46,344 bases of DNA from Chromera velia (Eukaryota), in assembly GCA_018398765.1 (NCBI GenBank), contig JAHBMJ010000479.1, positions 1 to 46,344 on the forward strand, in the 5' to 3' direction. The position numbers were made by a program, and so were the translations under genes. Positions within the stretch are counted from its first letter, which is position 1, and every line of letters begins with the position of its first letter. Of this stretch, positions 23,549 to 43,891 are shown piece by piece. The notes below the pieces were generated by a model that was not told the DNA's origin, made no database searches, and worked only from the letters and a program-made list of their open reading frames with translations.

Positions 23549-25203
23549 TCATGCATCCTCACACCACTTGTTCTCTTCCCGAATCTGCACACAGGAAGCA
23601 AGGAAGATAAAGGAAGAGGACGCAACAAAACAAACACAAGGGCAAAGCACAGCAGCGGGAAATGAATGGAGGAGAACACCGCGAGAAAAAGGAACGCAGG
23701 ATCTGAGAAGCAAATGAGGAGGGTTCGATCGTCTAGACAGTCCGGCAACAAGACGTGAAGTAAGTATCAGGAAGGGAAAAAGAGTCCTCTTATTTTGGGG
23801 CATTGGAGTAAATGATGACAGGGAAAGCCTCGGCAAAAGGAGAGAGAGAGAGTACCCACACCCCTCTTCAAGCGCGCCCGTTTTCGAGAGAGAGTGGACA
23901 TGTGAATAGAGAGAGGAGACTGCGCGAGAGAACAACGAACGGGGAAGTTGATCAAAGGAGAGAAAGGAAAAAGCAAACCAGGAGAAGCATCTCACCCCTC
24001 CCTCCAAAAGAGAAGATGAAAGGAAAGACCAGCGAACCGACCGACCGACCTGCTGTTCCTCCTCGGGAGTGAAGTCGTTGACGATGTTGAACTGCTTTCT
24101 GATTTCCTCTGGTGTTTTGCCCTTGATCATAGAGGCCACCTTTGCGCAAGTGAGGTCAAGCAGAGGCTTGATGTCCAGGTAGTTCGCCGCCTGCGATCGC
24201 TCATGATTATCCAGAGGAGCAGGAGACCAGACCAAAGAAGAACAGAACGAATGAAATGAAATGTCAGGAAAGAAGGGAAGACAGGAGGAAGGGTAGGAAT
24301 GTGCAAGATGAAGGGGCGGAGGGAGCAGGGAAGCGAAGGAAGGAGCTGAAAGTAGGTGAACAAATGATCAGAGGAGAGATGCAGGCGCGTTTTCACTCTG
24401 TGTGCGTCCGAAGGAGGCAGAGCTGGTGACAGTCGAAAGGCAAAATGACTTCTACGCTGTAGATCCGTCTGAACAGAGAATCAGTAACTAGTGAGGACCG
24501 TCTCTTGCAGGTCAACAGCGAAATAAGGGAGCCGCGCTGCAATGGAGGCTGACCAAAATCAATTCAAAAAGGGTGTCCTGCTCCACGTTGACAAAAGTGT
24601 CGTCCCACTCGGAGACAACCTGCAGGCAAGGAGATCGAAAGGCAAAAAAAGGAAGGAGACAGCAAAAAAGCGGCCCGAGACAAAAAAGAAGGAGTCGGTC
24701 TCCAGAGCAAACGGAGTCGAAAGAAAAGGAAATCAGACAAGCACGGAACCACAATATCTCTCGACAGGTACCGAAAATGTTACATCTTCGTCACTTGATG
24801 CCGATTTGTCCCCTTCTCTCTTGGTCAACTCGATAGAAAAGAAAAAGAGAAGCCTACGCACCTCTGACAAGTTTGCAGACTTCAAGGGCTTCACAATTTC
24901 CTCAGGCGGGTTGTCCTTGTGATGTCTGCAGTACTCGATGACCTTCTTCAAGATATTGGACTTCACATTGGGCAAGGGAATAGTCTCGTCCGTTCCGGAA
25001 TCTGCAGAAAGGAAAGGAAAGCAAAGAGACGTTCAGCGAATCGAAGTTGAAAACAGTCAAAAAGACACTGTGTCGGAAAAGTGCAACCAAAAAGTGGACC
25101 AACCTTCCACCATATTTTTGATGAGCTGGGACATGCACCCGACCTCGGGTTCCACCTCGAAGACCTCTCCGGTAGAAGAGGAAAGCTTCAATTGCTCGGC
25201 CAT
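23549..25203 (-). CDS. SKP1: SKP1, SCF ubiquitin ligase adaptor, 160 aa, 5 exons: 25203-25104, 25001-24862, 24619-24554, 24190-24050, 23584-23549
   Basis: [34 protein letters not shown]...[21 protein letters not shown]...[64 protein letters not shown]. Splice phases are consistent. Confidence 0.96.
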
Positions 25204-25909
25204 TTTGTTGGTTTTTCTTCACAGAAGTGAACGAGATGAGAGAGAATCAGCTCGCTGATTGGAACTGACTTCGCGAAAAGAAACACAAAAGAATCTGTCT
25301 GGATAAAACCGTCCCTTCTCACGACTTTGTGAATATGATTGTGATCTTCCGGCGTCCCGTTTCGTTGTTCTGAAAGCAAATGAAGACGGTCCTCAACTTG
25401 AGTGACTCGGCAGATCCACACAAAAGAATGAATTTTTGCTGATTGAAACCCGGCCGCGGCCGGCCAGCTCAACCCTTTTCTCACCAAAATTGATTTTGCA
25501 ACTCTGACCGCGACAGAATCGACCTGCCCCGCAAAGACAGTCGATTTTGTGCTTGGGGGGCACGAAATTGGAACTGAATCGAAAGATCACCTTACACGTG
25601 GGACGCTCGCACGCTCAATTCGGAAATTGAGTTCGGCTCGCCGCGTTGCAAAAAACTCGAGTTTCGCAAGTTTTTTTCAAGATGATTTTTTTTGCATCAC
25701 CCCTGCATGGCCCCCTACAAATGTCTCCGATCCGATCCGTAAATCCACTTCTACGGCGTCTGTCGATTTTTTGACAGGGGTGATCTAACGCTGCTTGTAT
25801 GATCGTGCAATTAATCAGATTCAAAGCACACCACGGGTGCTTTCGCACCCCGCCAGAAGTGACACGTGCAGATGCAGAGAGTGAGGAGACAGAGTGACTG
25901 CGTCTGGCC

Positions 25910-33095
<7,186 letters not shown>

Positions 33096-33488
33096 GAATT
33101 CCTTGAGAAGTCACACATGGAACTCCTTTAAATAAAATTATGCGGCTTACTGTCAACGCCCCCTTTTCCCGCTCCTCCATTCTCCTTTCACCCACACAGT
33201 CCTGGCACATAGACATTCCATTTCCCCATACACTCACTCCAGACAACAAAGGCACTCACGGCAATTTGACGAAAAATCAAAAGATGTCCCGTGCGACCGG
33301 ATCTAATATCCCCCCGTGTCAGACTCATGCAGCTAAACTGTATGCTCCAGAAGTGGTCAATCGCAACCGCTCATTTCTTTTTTTTTTTGCGTGTTTTGGT
33401 CTTTCTGTGCAGCTTTTGAGACGAATAGCGAAGACAATCGACTATTTTCAGGGAAAAAACTAATCTATCATTCAAACTAGAATTTTTG

Positions 33489-33719
33489 CTAGGCGTGTCA
33501 CAGCAAAAAAAAAAAGGTAAACCAGAATTGGCTTAAATTATTTGTTTTTTGCGCAACACCTAAACAACATTTGTGCAACACCCTATACGCAACACCAAAA
33601 CAACAGTTATGCAACACTTGAACAAAAGTTGTTTGTCACTTAACATCTTAATTCGGGCAAAAAAAAAATTAAGCGAAAACGAGCTTAAAGTATTTTTTTT
33701 TTCTTTGTGATACTCCTAG
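33489..33719. mobile_element. MITE (231 bp), hAT-like, perfect 8-bp TSD
   Basis: TIRs CTAGGCGTGTCACA / TGTGATACTCCTAG. AATTTTTG at 33481-33488 and 33720-33727. Internal CAACAC repeats as in 20713-20939. Confidence 0.85.
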
Positions 33720-34229
33720 AATTTTTGGTAGCCTTGCGCTGCAAGTTGCATATATATGCATTTCAAGTTATATACTGAAATCATTAAGATACAAAGAAGT
33801 GCATATCTAGGTATATACCATAAACTAGATCATAAAACTTTTAAAGAGATAGAATTAAAATCTTTGATTGATTGATTGATCTTATTTACGAGACTGTTAT
33901 TTAGACTGCCATCTGAGCTAATCTAAGTATGCTGCATGCCTCGCTACCACGCTAGGCTACCATGTCCTAAGCCATGTCAGTACACCATCAGAGCGTCTGT
34001 AAATTGCAAGACACGTGCGCAGCTGGCGAGTACCACATGCAAGCAACCAGCCTGGCGGGCCGTGGCAGCGCCGTACACCGGCGTTTTGCGCTAGTTGTAA
34101 GTATAACCAGGCCTACACTAAAAAAAATTCACCTTTGAAACGTAGTACGGCCAGAAAAAAAAAAAAAAACTTACAAAAATTTTAAACTTTAAAAACACAG
34201 TCAATAGTCACTGTCAGGGGAATATAAAG

Positions 34230-35261
34230 TTTAAGTGTTGTTTTAGTGTTGCACAAGTGTTACTTAGGTGTTACGCAAAAAAAAAAGAAAAAAATAATTT
34301 GAGCCAATTCTGGTTTACTTTTTTTTTATTTTTTTTTATCACCCCAGTCACTCCCCACTTGTAAGTAGTGATAGAAGTGAAACAGTCATAGGATTGACTT
34401 ACTAACTTACAAGTTATTATATTAAATAAGGATTAAATAAGGAATGATGATGGATAAGCATTGACATGAAGCTCAGCTTACTAACTTACAAGTAGCACCA
34501 TCATTAAGCTTCAAAATTTGATTTGATTTTACTCAATACCAGTCTGGGACCTTAACAAAACAAGGTTTACTATATATTTGCTGGGTGTTTTTCTAAACAA
34601 AAGAGACCCGTTCATAATAAATTAGTAAAAACGGAAATGGAAGTGCCTAACGCGGCCTAACAGAACTAAACTTTGAGTGTTTTCTCTTCCGCAACACAGA
34701 ATTATGACTTAATTGAAGTTCAAAGTGCGTAGTGAAGGTGAATCCCTCACATTCTTTCCATTTATTATTCTTTGTTTTTCTTTTTTTAATGGCTTTTACT
34801 GAATTTGTTTCCTTTTACACTTAGCTCCGTAGTTTTTAAGTCTTTTGACAATATCTCAAGTGAGCTCTGTATAACCATTGACTCATGGTCTACATGGCTT
34901 CATTCAAGAGCATCGGTCTGATGAAATACCCTACTGTAACAATTAAAAGATCAAAGTGTACACGTCTGTTTAATTATATCTATGTGGGTTTTTGGTTTTT
35001 GCCAATACATGCATAGAGTCGCATATATATGCAGTTGAATGTGGTTGATAGACTAAGTCTTGGTTGGGTGAAATTTACAAGCCAAGTTACAAGCAATGAT
35101 GAATAAACCTCCATGCCAAACTTGGCTTACTAACTTACAAGTAGCTTCATCATATGATAATATGATGGAAGGTATCTTGTCAAGCAAAAGCTGCTAACTG
35201 GTTTATCATGTTTGACCGCAGTGACCGGGATAATTTTTTTTTTTTGCTATGATATGCCTAG
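34230..35261 (-). mobile_element. Inverted copy of the 33489 MITE family, split by an ~890-bp insertion (~34340-35229)
   Basis: 34235-34325 is the reverse complement of ~33505-33600. The terminus TTTGCTATGATATGCCTAG reappears at ~35243-35260. The insert has CAGTCACT/AGTGACCG ends and three CTTACTAACTTACAAGT copies. Confidence 0.55.
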
Positions 35262-35641
35262 GATAAAGGGTTAGAAGTTGAAACTAAAACTACTTATAGG
35301 TCATACAAAAATTATTTGATTGAAAGATGTGTAAGTACTATCATGCAGTTTAAGGTTATAACTCTTTACACTTTGTGAGAAATCTTCATATAAAAAAAAA
35401 TGATATCTTTTTTTTTTTTTTTACTTTTTAAACATTCTTTTCTTACAAAACATAAATTGGAGAGGGTTGGAGCGGGATAAATTGGTGCTATAGAGAATGG
35501 AAGAGATGTAAAATGAATGTCAGGGTAGCCTATGGGTGGTCTATGCTGACAGAGCGGCACGCTCGCAGGGGGGTTGCATCCTGATCTGGTCAAAGAGATG
35601 GGGGGAGCTGAGAACAGAATTCGAGCTCCTCGCATTCCAAA

Positions 35642-36424
35642 CTAGGATTGGGCACTAAAGTTTTTTTTAGAATATAGTTTATCTGAAAAAAATTAAACTT
35701 TAACTTTAAAACTTTAAATTAAAAGTAAACATGCAACTAGACATGCAAAAGTTGATCCAGGAGACATTACAAGGGAAGTTAATTGATTTTGCATACAGAA
35801 AATCGATGTAATATTCCTCAATCGCTAGACTCCTTGCCATTTGTTTATTGAATGTAGCGGCTTAGCCTACAAAGTTGGCACAAACTCTGTATACATAATT
35901 CCTATATTCGATGTGTTGATCGATGACTTCATGCATAGACTTTTTTCATGTGTTAAGTGACCGAATAAAAGGGAATTCCTGCATTGCCTAGCTGAACTGA
36001 AATCCATTGATTCTATTAAATAATTATAACTGTCTATGTATAACTGTCCACTCCCCGTTACTTCCCCAAGTCTCCCGGGACTCTCCCCGGTGCAAGTACA
36101 TATGAACTTTAATTTTATCCGTGATGTCATCCAATCACTTTTTATCTAATACTAGACCCGATCGATGTTGCCTAGGATGTCCCCGATGATTATTTCTAAT
36201 GTAAACATAAATTTAAACTCAAATAGACTATAAGCTTAATTCTGTTACCTTCTATATAGTATGGATGTATGCTAGTTAATTAGTTTAGTTATGACTGACT
36301 TAATTAAGGACTTATTCAAAAACTAATTAATTTTTTGTTTTTTAAATGAAGTCTGGAGGGCAAAAAAAAAACTTTACCAAAAAAAAACAATGAAATTTTA
36401 GTGTCCAACTATGTCTAACCCTAG
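35642..36424 (+). mobile_element. 783-bp non-autonomous DNA transposon, CTAGG...CCTAG ends, perfect 8-bp TSD
   Basis: ATTCCAAA at 35634-35641 and 36425-36432. Subterminal TTGGGCACTAAA / TTTAGTGTCCAA inversion. A second copy lies at 3290-4418. Confidence 0.85.
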
Positions 36425-36489
36425 ATTCCAAAACGTAATGTACTTATTAAATACTTCACGCGCGAAGGTTTTTCTAAAAACCCGCCCTT

Positions 36490-36670
36490 CCCCTTGGTTT
36501 TCAAAATTTAAAAATGGCCCCGGCATACCATATAAAGTTTCTGCACAGATTTTTTTTCCGGGGCCCTGAAGGGCCAGATCAATAAGGGCCCACTAGACCC
36601 CGGAAAAAACCTCTACAAAAAGTATTTTTGGTATGCCGGGGCCATTTTTAAATGGTAAAAACAAAGGGGG
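36490..36670. mobile_element. Small palindromic foldback/MITE
   Basis: Perfect 25-bp inverted repeat ATTTAAAAATGGCCCCGGCATACCA (36506-36530 / 36629-36653) inside ~85-bp imperfect arms. Confidence 0.8.
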
Positions 36671-39600
36671 TGCATCATTATGAAAAAAAAATTAATGATA
36701 TAACGACACGTATAAGCAACATAGTTTTAGCAATAGCTGTTGATCCACGCAACATATTGCAACACTCTAGGTAACACTTAAGCAACGCTATGATGCTATA
36801 GACAACACACTGCACTTTTGTGTCTACATGACAGACAATTTGTGACACAAATAAAAACCTAGACAGAAACACATTATGATCTTCTAAGAAGTGGTTGATA
36901 AGTAGAGATCGATCTACTTGTTCCTACTGCACTCTATGCTTATACTCAACGTTTGAAAGTTTGTTCATGCATGTCTGTGTCTGTCTTTGTCGCTGCCCGG
37001 ACGGCCGTTTCAACTCTTACGAAAGAGTCTCATCGGCAGGCTTTCAAAGACTCCTCTTTTCATGCATCACTGCAGAAGAAGGCACACAATGCAACCTAAT
37101 AGATATGGTTGGTTGTTTGCCGGCAACGTCTGGCATACATGATCCGGTTACATCATGGCAATCGACGTTCAAATCGCAGGTATACCAGCTCCCCGAGTTT
37201 GATTCACGTGGCTTGCAGGGCTTTGAATTTTCCTTTTTGTTTGTTTGGCCCTTTAGGGCGCGCGAACGTTGGGTGAGTGACGGGCACGATCGCATCTTTC
37301 GCTTCGATCTTCTGTGCGCGCGCGTCTGACCTTTGCACTTGATATGAAAAAGTGCTTGAAGGCTGGAGGTAATAACCGCTCTCTTCTTTTCTCTTTTCAG
37401 TCTCTCATCTTCTTCTCTGGACTTGTGCTATCCACTTCTCATTAATAAGTAAAACGTGAGTGATAATGATAATGATGATGATTATGATGTATGGGGTTTA
37501 ATTAATATAAAGCCGCGGTGAGCCGTATATAGGCTGTGGCCAACCTAGAACAATTATTTTATATATAGAATCAATCCTATATCAATCCTTTGACCTAGGC
37601 CTCACTAAGGCATTTGCATAGCCTTGAAGAATTAAGACAAAACCTGCATACATGTTTGAAATAACTCTTTTTCAGAAATATGTATATTATTAGAATATAC
37701 TTTCGAAATTGTGACTCAATTTGGGAGAATCTAGTATAAAAGGTTTTGAACCCGGTTTTCATGGAATTGACCGTAGAATCTACTTGACAGGAGTTATTTA
37801 GCTTAATTTCACCAAATTTCACAACCTAGTACACAACTGGTGAAGGCTAGTGAAAGCTTATTTCTTACTATGCTAGTTGCTAGGCTAGTTGTTATGTAAA
37901 AATATTTATGAGCTTGAATAGATTAGCTGTGTGTTTCATTCTTTAAAGTTGTTTGATTAATAAAGTGTAAACACTGCATGGTGTGACATTGGTGTCGCAT
38001 GTGTGCTTCTATAAAAAAAGCGGAAACAGAGCGGAAACACAGTGTCATAGACCGACTCTTCGTCTTCAGACTATCTTCTTTCTTGCCGAGTGTCTGCCTT
38101 TTCCTCATCTGAATGTCATTATGCCACAAAATCGGAAAGTCTTGCAAGAGGAGCAGAAAACGATCGAGATTCATAATACAGACCACCACTGCAGACCACC
38201 TGAGAATAGCCTCAAAACCTTCTCCCTCCCCCCCTTTTTTTCTTTTGAGGTGGACGACGAATGCGGTTCACACACATTTCTGGAGCACGTCACTTTCCAT
38301 GAAAACCCTTGAAAATCCAATCAACTGGACTGCATGTGCGTGGATATACACGTATATGAGCTGACTGCTCTTCTTCTCAAAGGACGTGGCAACCCGACGA
38401 TGCCTCGTGATGCATCGATCTGTACTTTGTGTTCAAATGCGAGCTTTCTTTCCTGAAGCCAGTTTGATTGGAATGCGAGATGAGACACCAGCTCACTGGT
38501 GCCCTTGTGTGTGTGCGAAAAGGAAAATGTCGAAAAGAGCAGCGGGCAGTTGGCCAGCTAAACAGTCATGAAGTCATTGGCGAGAGACAGCTCTCTCTGT
38601 ACAGACTTACCGACACTTCAGACTGACGGTACCTTCCAGGGTTCTCTCCTTCAACCTTTCTTTCATCTTCCGTCTCCTATTCCACAGGGTAAAGTGATCC
38701 CACAGCAACAAACAAAATAGGTGACCAAGAGATCGATACGAAAAGGGAATCATCCATTCAGAAATCCCTTCACGGTTCATCCATTCATTTGTTCATGCGA
38801 TAAGGATTTTGTCGGTCAATCAACAGAGACACTTCCTTTCTTTCGTCTTCCTCTTCCCGCCGAAGAAGCCCATCGGAATCTCTTTTCCCTCCCCCCCCCC
38901 GTGCCCTCTACACGTACAAATACGTCCTCCCTGCCAGTGCATCTTTTTGTGTTCGAATCCCCCCTGTCCAGATACTCTTCTCCTTTTCCCCTCCACAACT
39001 CGCGGTTCCCTTTCCTTCTTTCCTTTCCAGAGAATGGCGGAGTTTCTCCTTGCTCAGCGAAAGAGTATGAGAGACTGCAAGTCACTCACACAACGACGTG
39101 AGCAACCCCTGGTTGCTCTGCTTCCTTTTCGAGACAGAGATGGATCTCGCTTTTCTTTCTCTCCTTTTTTGCATCCTTTCCCTTCGTTCTTTTCTTTTTC
39201 GGCGGACTACTGCCAGCGATACGATAAAGCGACGGAGAGCAACTCAGCATTTCAATCAAACACCGCTTCTTTCAAACAATCTGGTTTGTGCGGAATTTGA
39301 AGCCAGTAAGTGCGATGGCGGTGAAAACCGAATGATGCATGAGTCTGCATTTGCTGGTGACACGACCAGGCAATGAATGGAACGAACCTCTCCTTTCCTC
39401 TCCTTCGCTTTCCTTTCCATTCATCACGAAGCACTACACGCGAAAAGGAGAGAGACAGACAGAGAGAGAGAGAGCAAAAAGGGTGAGCACGTTGAAGCGG
39501 TAGAAGAAGGAAGAAGTAGAAGAACAGGTGCAGCATGACAGGCAATGTTGCAAAAAGAGACAGAGGAGGCAAACAAAGCAAGAAAGGAAGCAAAGAAGAA

Positions 39601-40562
39601 GAAGAAGAAGCAATGCGGGACAAGACTATCATTTAGCCGTCCAGGCAACGAGGAAAAGACAGACAGAGATTCACATGCATACAAGGTCAAACAAGCAGGA
39701 AGGAAGGAAGACACGCACACGATCGAAGGCATGCAGCCTCACATCTAAGCAGCCCCTCCTCCGGCTCTTTACACAACCTCCCTCGAGGGCTCCTTCGTCT
39801 CGTCAACTTTCTTTCTTGAGTCCTCTCGTCCCCAACCGGCCGGGCAGACCTGCTCTCCTAGCTCTCCTGATCTCTCTCATTGTTCTGCCTTCTTTGATTT
39901 CCTCTTTTTCTTGCCCCCTTCTCTCTCCAATTCGAAGAAAGGCACACACACCCGATCTTTCTTTCTTTCTGTCTGTCTTTCTTTCTTTCTTGTCATGACA
40001 CGAGTGCGTTCTACAAGGAGAGATACCAAGCACCTCTCTCTCTCTGTCCACGAAACCAGTACTTCCGTTTGCTGCAGTTCACAAAGACACAGAGCCTTTG
40101 CAGAAAAGGCAATGGGCGGGGAGGGAAGGAAGAAAGGAAGTAATAGAGAAGGCCAAGCGGGCTACTTGACAGAGAGAGAAACTACACACACACACACACA
40201 CACACCGCGACAGACAGAGGGAGCCAAAAGGTCGTCACAACTGGAGATGACAGGACAACTCCATCTGCACACAGCAAACAAGGAGAAGATTAAAAAACGA
40301 ATAGGCACACAAAAGTGATGAGCAATGGAGGACCATCCTCAAGCAAACACAAAATCTCTTTGCAAAACAAAACACCAAAAAAACGGAGAGATAAAAGGGG
40401 ACGGCGCTGAAGGACGAAAACAACAAAGTCACTTCCTTGTATGAAAAATCCCCCAAGCATGCGCAGCCAACCGACACATTGCGATTCTGGGGACTGTTTT
40501 TCCTGTCCACTAAACGAAAACTCTTGTGACCCCTGTCAACCCCCAAAAAGTACATCCGCACA

Positions 40563-43500
40563 TCACTCACACATAGCGACAAACAGGAACTCAAGCTTAC
40601 TACAACTGACCGCACGAAAACTCTGGGTATTCCACGGCAGTTTCACAAAGAGAAGGTCCCGTTGATTCTCTCCCGTCTCCGTGTCTTTTGATTTTTTCTT
40701 CCCTGCTTTCCCCCCTCGACCCTCAGCCTTCTTTCTTTCCCCCTTTTTCTTCCCCTTTTCCCCTTTCCCTTTTCCCCCCGTTACCTCCTCACTGCTTCCC
40801 TCCATCGACAAGGCTTCTCTTCTCTCCTCCTCATGCGCAACACAGAGCCACTCTCTCCTCTTTGTTGCAGACTCCAGCGCCTCCTGAAGAAGTGAGGGGC
40901 CCAAAAGATCCGACACTGCAACGCCTTTTTTCACTAGACTCTCAACAATTTCAGCCTTCACACGACGGAGGAGGGTATCCATCTGTGCTTCCATCTCCTT
41001 AAATCTCTTCGTTCGCCGACGGCGTTTGACACAAGGAAGGGGGGCGCCCGTGGAGAGCGTGTTGGTTGCCGCCGTCGGTGTCATCAAATTGACCGACGGC
41101 GCTGCTTTACATGCACGCCCCCCGTTTTCCCTTGCCGTAGGTGCTCTTTCTTTTTCTCTGATGGTGATGTGAAGACCTAGAGGAATCGGAGCTTCGTTCC
41201 GAGTTCCTGGCTCCGTCTCCGTCTCTGCCCGCAAGTGAACGCTCAACGAGAAATCATCCAACAATCCATGCTCTCCCTTTTCTGTTCGAAGACACGGCAA
41301 TTCTCGAAGCAACTCAGAGAAAAGCCCTTGCCACGCCTCCACCTCCACCCCCCTCAATGACTCGACCAGGGAAGGCCCGAGGGCCCCCGCCTCTCTCTGC
41401 AGAGGACTCAGAGAATCCAACGCGGCACTCTCTGAAGAAGAGCTCGAAAAACGGCTGTGTGGGTCTGGGACCTCCAGTCCCCTTGCTGCTGTCTGACGTC
41501 GATACTGCCCCCCTTCTCTTCCCTTCCCCTCCCCCCGCCCTCTTTGCAAGTTCTGTTGAAACTCCTCGAAGGTCCCAAAACCTCCCCGGAGGATGACAGA
41601 CTCTGCAGCCTCGGGGATCAGGAAGGGGGAGCGGAGGAGCTCCCGAACAAGGGCCCTCTTCTCAGAAGATCTGCAGTCAGGGAGAGACAGGCAGAGAGGG
41701 AGGCAGGGAGGAAGAAACGGTGAGAGACGAGACGAGAAAAGCAACACTGTGGCCAAATGAACACAGCGAGATTCATGGAGGCACAAGTAAAGGAAAACAT
41801 TTGACTCGACGCCGTGCGAGCTGTCCTCCCAAAAACTCCCCTGGTTCTTGCTTAAATGCGGACTTTTCCACTGCCGCACCTGTTTTCTTTCTTGCCTTTC
41901 TGACTCTTTGTCCCTTTTCTCTCCACGGCACATTCATCCGACGCTTGGCTACGTATCTGCCTTAATTGCTGACTTGATCTTCTGGAGAGTCGCGCTTCCC
42001 CCTGACTGGAGGACCTCTGCCACTGCGTTCAGCACCGAAGACCGCGGCCTCCCCTTCTTCACGACCTGCCGCTCCTCCCCTGAGAGCTTCATCCCGCCCT
42101 CTCTCAGAACCGCTAGGGCAACAGAGAGATTCACAACTGGGACGGGGGCGCTCTCAATCACAGCCGCAGCCTTCGAGAACGCCGTATACTTGAACCCTGA
42201 GGAGGGACCCGTGCTGCGTGCACAGGCAGTGGCCAGGTGCTGGAGCTCCCTCGCCACACGCACGTTGAGGGGAAACGGCCCGTCTCCACTGTCCTCGGGG
42301 GGTTTGCACTCCCCCTCAGATACCGGGAGGGCGCTGCATCACAGCATGGAAAAAGGAGCAGAAATGAAACATTCTTTGTCGACGCCAGTGCACTTCTTTG
42401 GCAGTTGCTCCGAATGTTTCAGGTCTCAGACACGGGAGGCGCTGCTTACTGACAGAAGCATTTGGGTAAGCAAGCAGGCTGACAGAAAGGCTCAGAAAGT
42501 TTCGAAACACTGAAAGAGCCCCAGGGGGACGTTTCACAAACACGGCGACATCACTGTGTCCATTTTCATCGAAATGGATGGCCGGAACAAAGGCACACAG
42601 AAGAAGAGAGAAGAAAGTGAAAAGAGAGACGGACCGCTTTCTACAAATCTCTCGGAATTGCGGGTCCATCTTTTCCCAACTCTGCAGCACGTCGTTGTCT
42701 TCAATCAACTCGTCTTCAAGAGAACCCACTCTAAACGCGCTCTTTTGGGGAATTCTACCCCCACCCCCCCACGCCCTTTTTCTGTTCATGCTCCTTTCCG
42801 CTCTCCACCTCTCTCTGCTCTCCTGTCTCCAGTCTCTTCTCGAGGGAGACGGGAGAGGAGACGGGGAAGACCCGGAATCACCTGCAGGGCTGAACCTGCT
42901 GAACGATCCCCCTCTAGGTTCCCACTTTTTGGACCGAAATGCGCCCCCACTACTGCCAAGAGGAGAAGAGAATCTGGAGGATGAAAACCCCCCGAAAGAG
43001 CCTGCACGCCTGGTGCTGCTCGATGGAGAGGAAGAAGGAGAAGAGAGACGGGAGGAGGGAATTTCGGAAGGTTGGGACCAGACAGGTGGTGAGGGTGCTG
43101 CTGTGTGCTGAGGCCTTGAGGGAGTGCTGGAGGCTTCTCTGCTTCGTGTGAGAGGGACACTGCGGGGGGATTCTGTAGACGAGGGCGACAGGGGTAAGAA
43201 AGACTGGGGGGGTTCGTATGTGAGCTGGGGTTCCCTCTCTGGAGGTCTGGAAGGGGACCTCACGGCTCCCCCCTCACTGAGGAAATGGAGATCAAAAATG
43301 GGAACTTGAACGACGTTGGCGTATATGCCTGCAGCATGAATGTGCACAAGGGGGCATGATTGCCAGACACACACGACAGAGAACGCAAATAGAAGAGAAG
43401 AGGGAATTTGCAGGGAAACGACAAACTAGAGAGGGAGGGTGAGTTATATTACCTCTTGACTTTCGTGCCTGATTGTCCCCACTTCTGCCCCCCTTTTTTC

Positions 43501-43891
43501 CAATTGTTCTTGTTGTTTCTTTCCCGCTCTCTTCCTGCTGACCTTCAACAGCATCCGTCTCCTCTCGCCCATCTGCAGTGTGAAACGACGGCCAGGAAGA
43601 CATGGGTGGCTGGTCGTGCAGCATTTTTCGGAGGGTCCTCCTCAGTTCCTTTTTCACGGCTGTCCTTGAAGAAGCCCTGCTTCTTTCAGCCACCATTTCT
43701 GCCGCATGGGCAGGTCTACAGGAAGTGTCTGGTCTCCTTTTGCTTCCGTTGGTGGGGGGCGGAGACGGCTTCCGTAGAAATGCCTTGAAGGCACTGGCTG
43801 CACACTGGAGAAACCCCAGGCAAACAACCTCTCTGGCCCAAGACAACCCGGGGAGAAGCGCAAGAGCCAGCAGAAAGATCAGGGCGGCCAT
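40563..43891 (-). CDS. Signal-peptide protein with DNA polymerase X-like 8-kDa (HhH) and fingers domains and a degenerate palm; exons 43891-43543, 43328-42635, 42333-41953, 41670-40563 (3' end uncertain)
   Basis: Phase-consistent GT-AG joins. PLNVRVARELQHLA...FKYTAFSKAAAVIESAPVPV...AVAEVLQSGGSATLQKIK resembles the Pol beta N-terminal domain. VRELLRSPFLIPEAAESVILRGGFGTFEEF resembles the fingers domain. Confidence 0.65.

Noticed and set aside
36895..37329. 144-aa ORF in a GC-richer patch
   Set aside because: No recognisable motif or splice context. It may be a decayed fragment but cannot be supported.
37980..40560. Exon-like segments such as 39031-39097
   Set aside because: They could not be joined into a coherent frame. 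They may be UTR or unrecognised exons.
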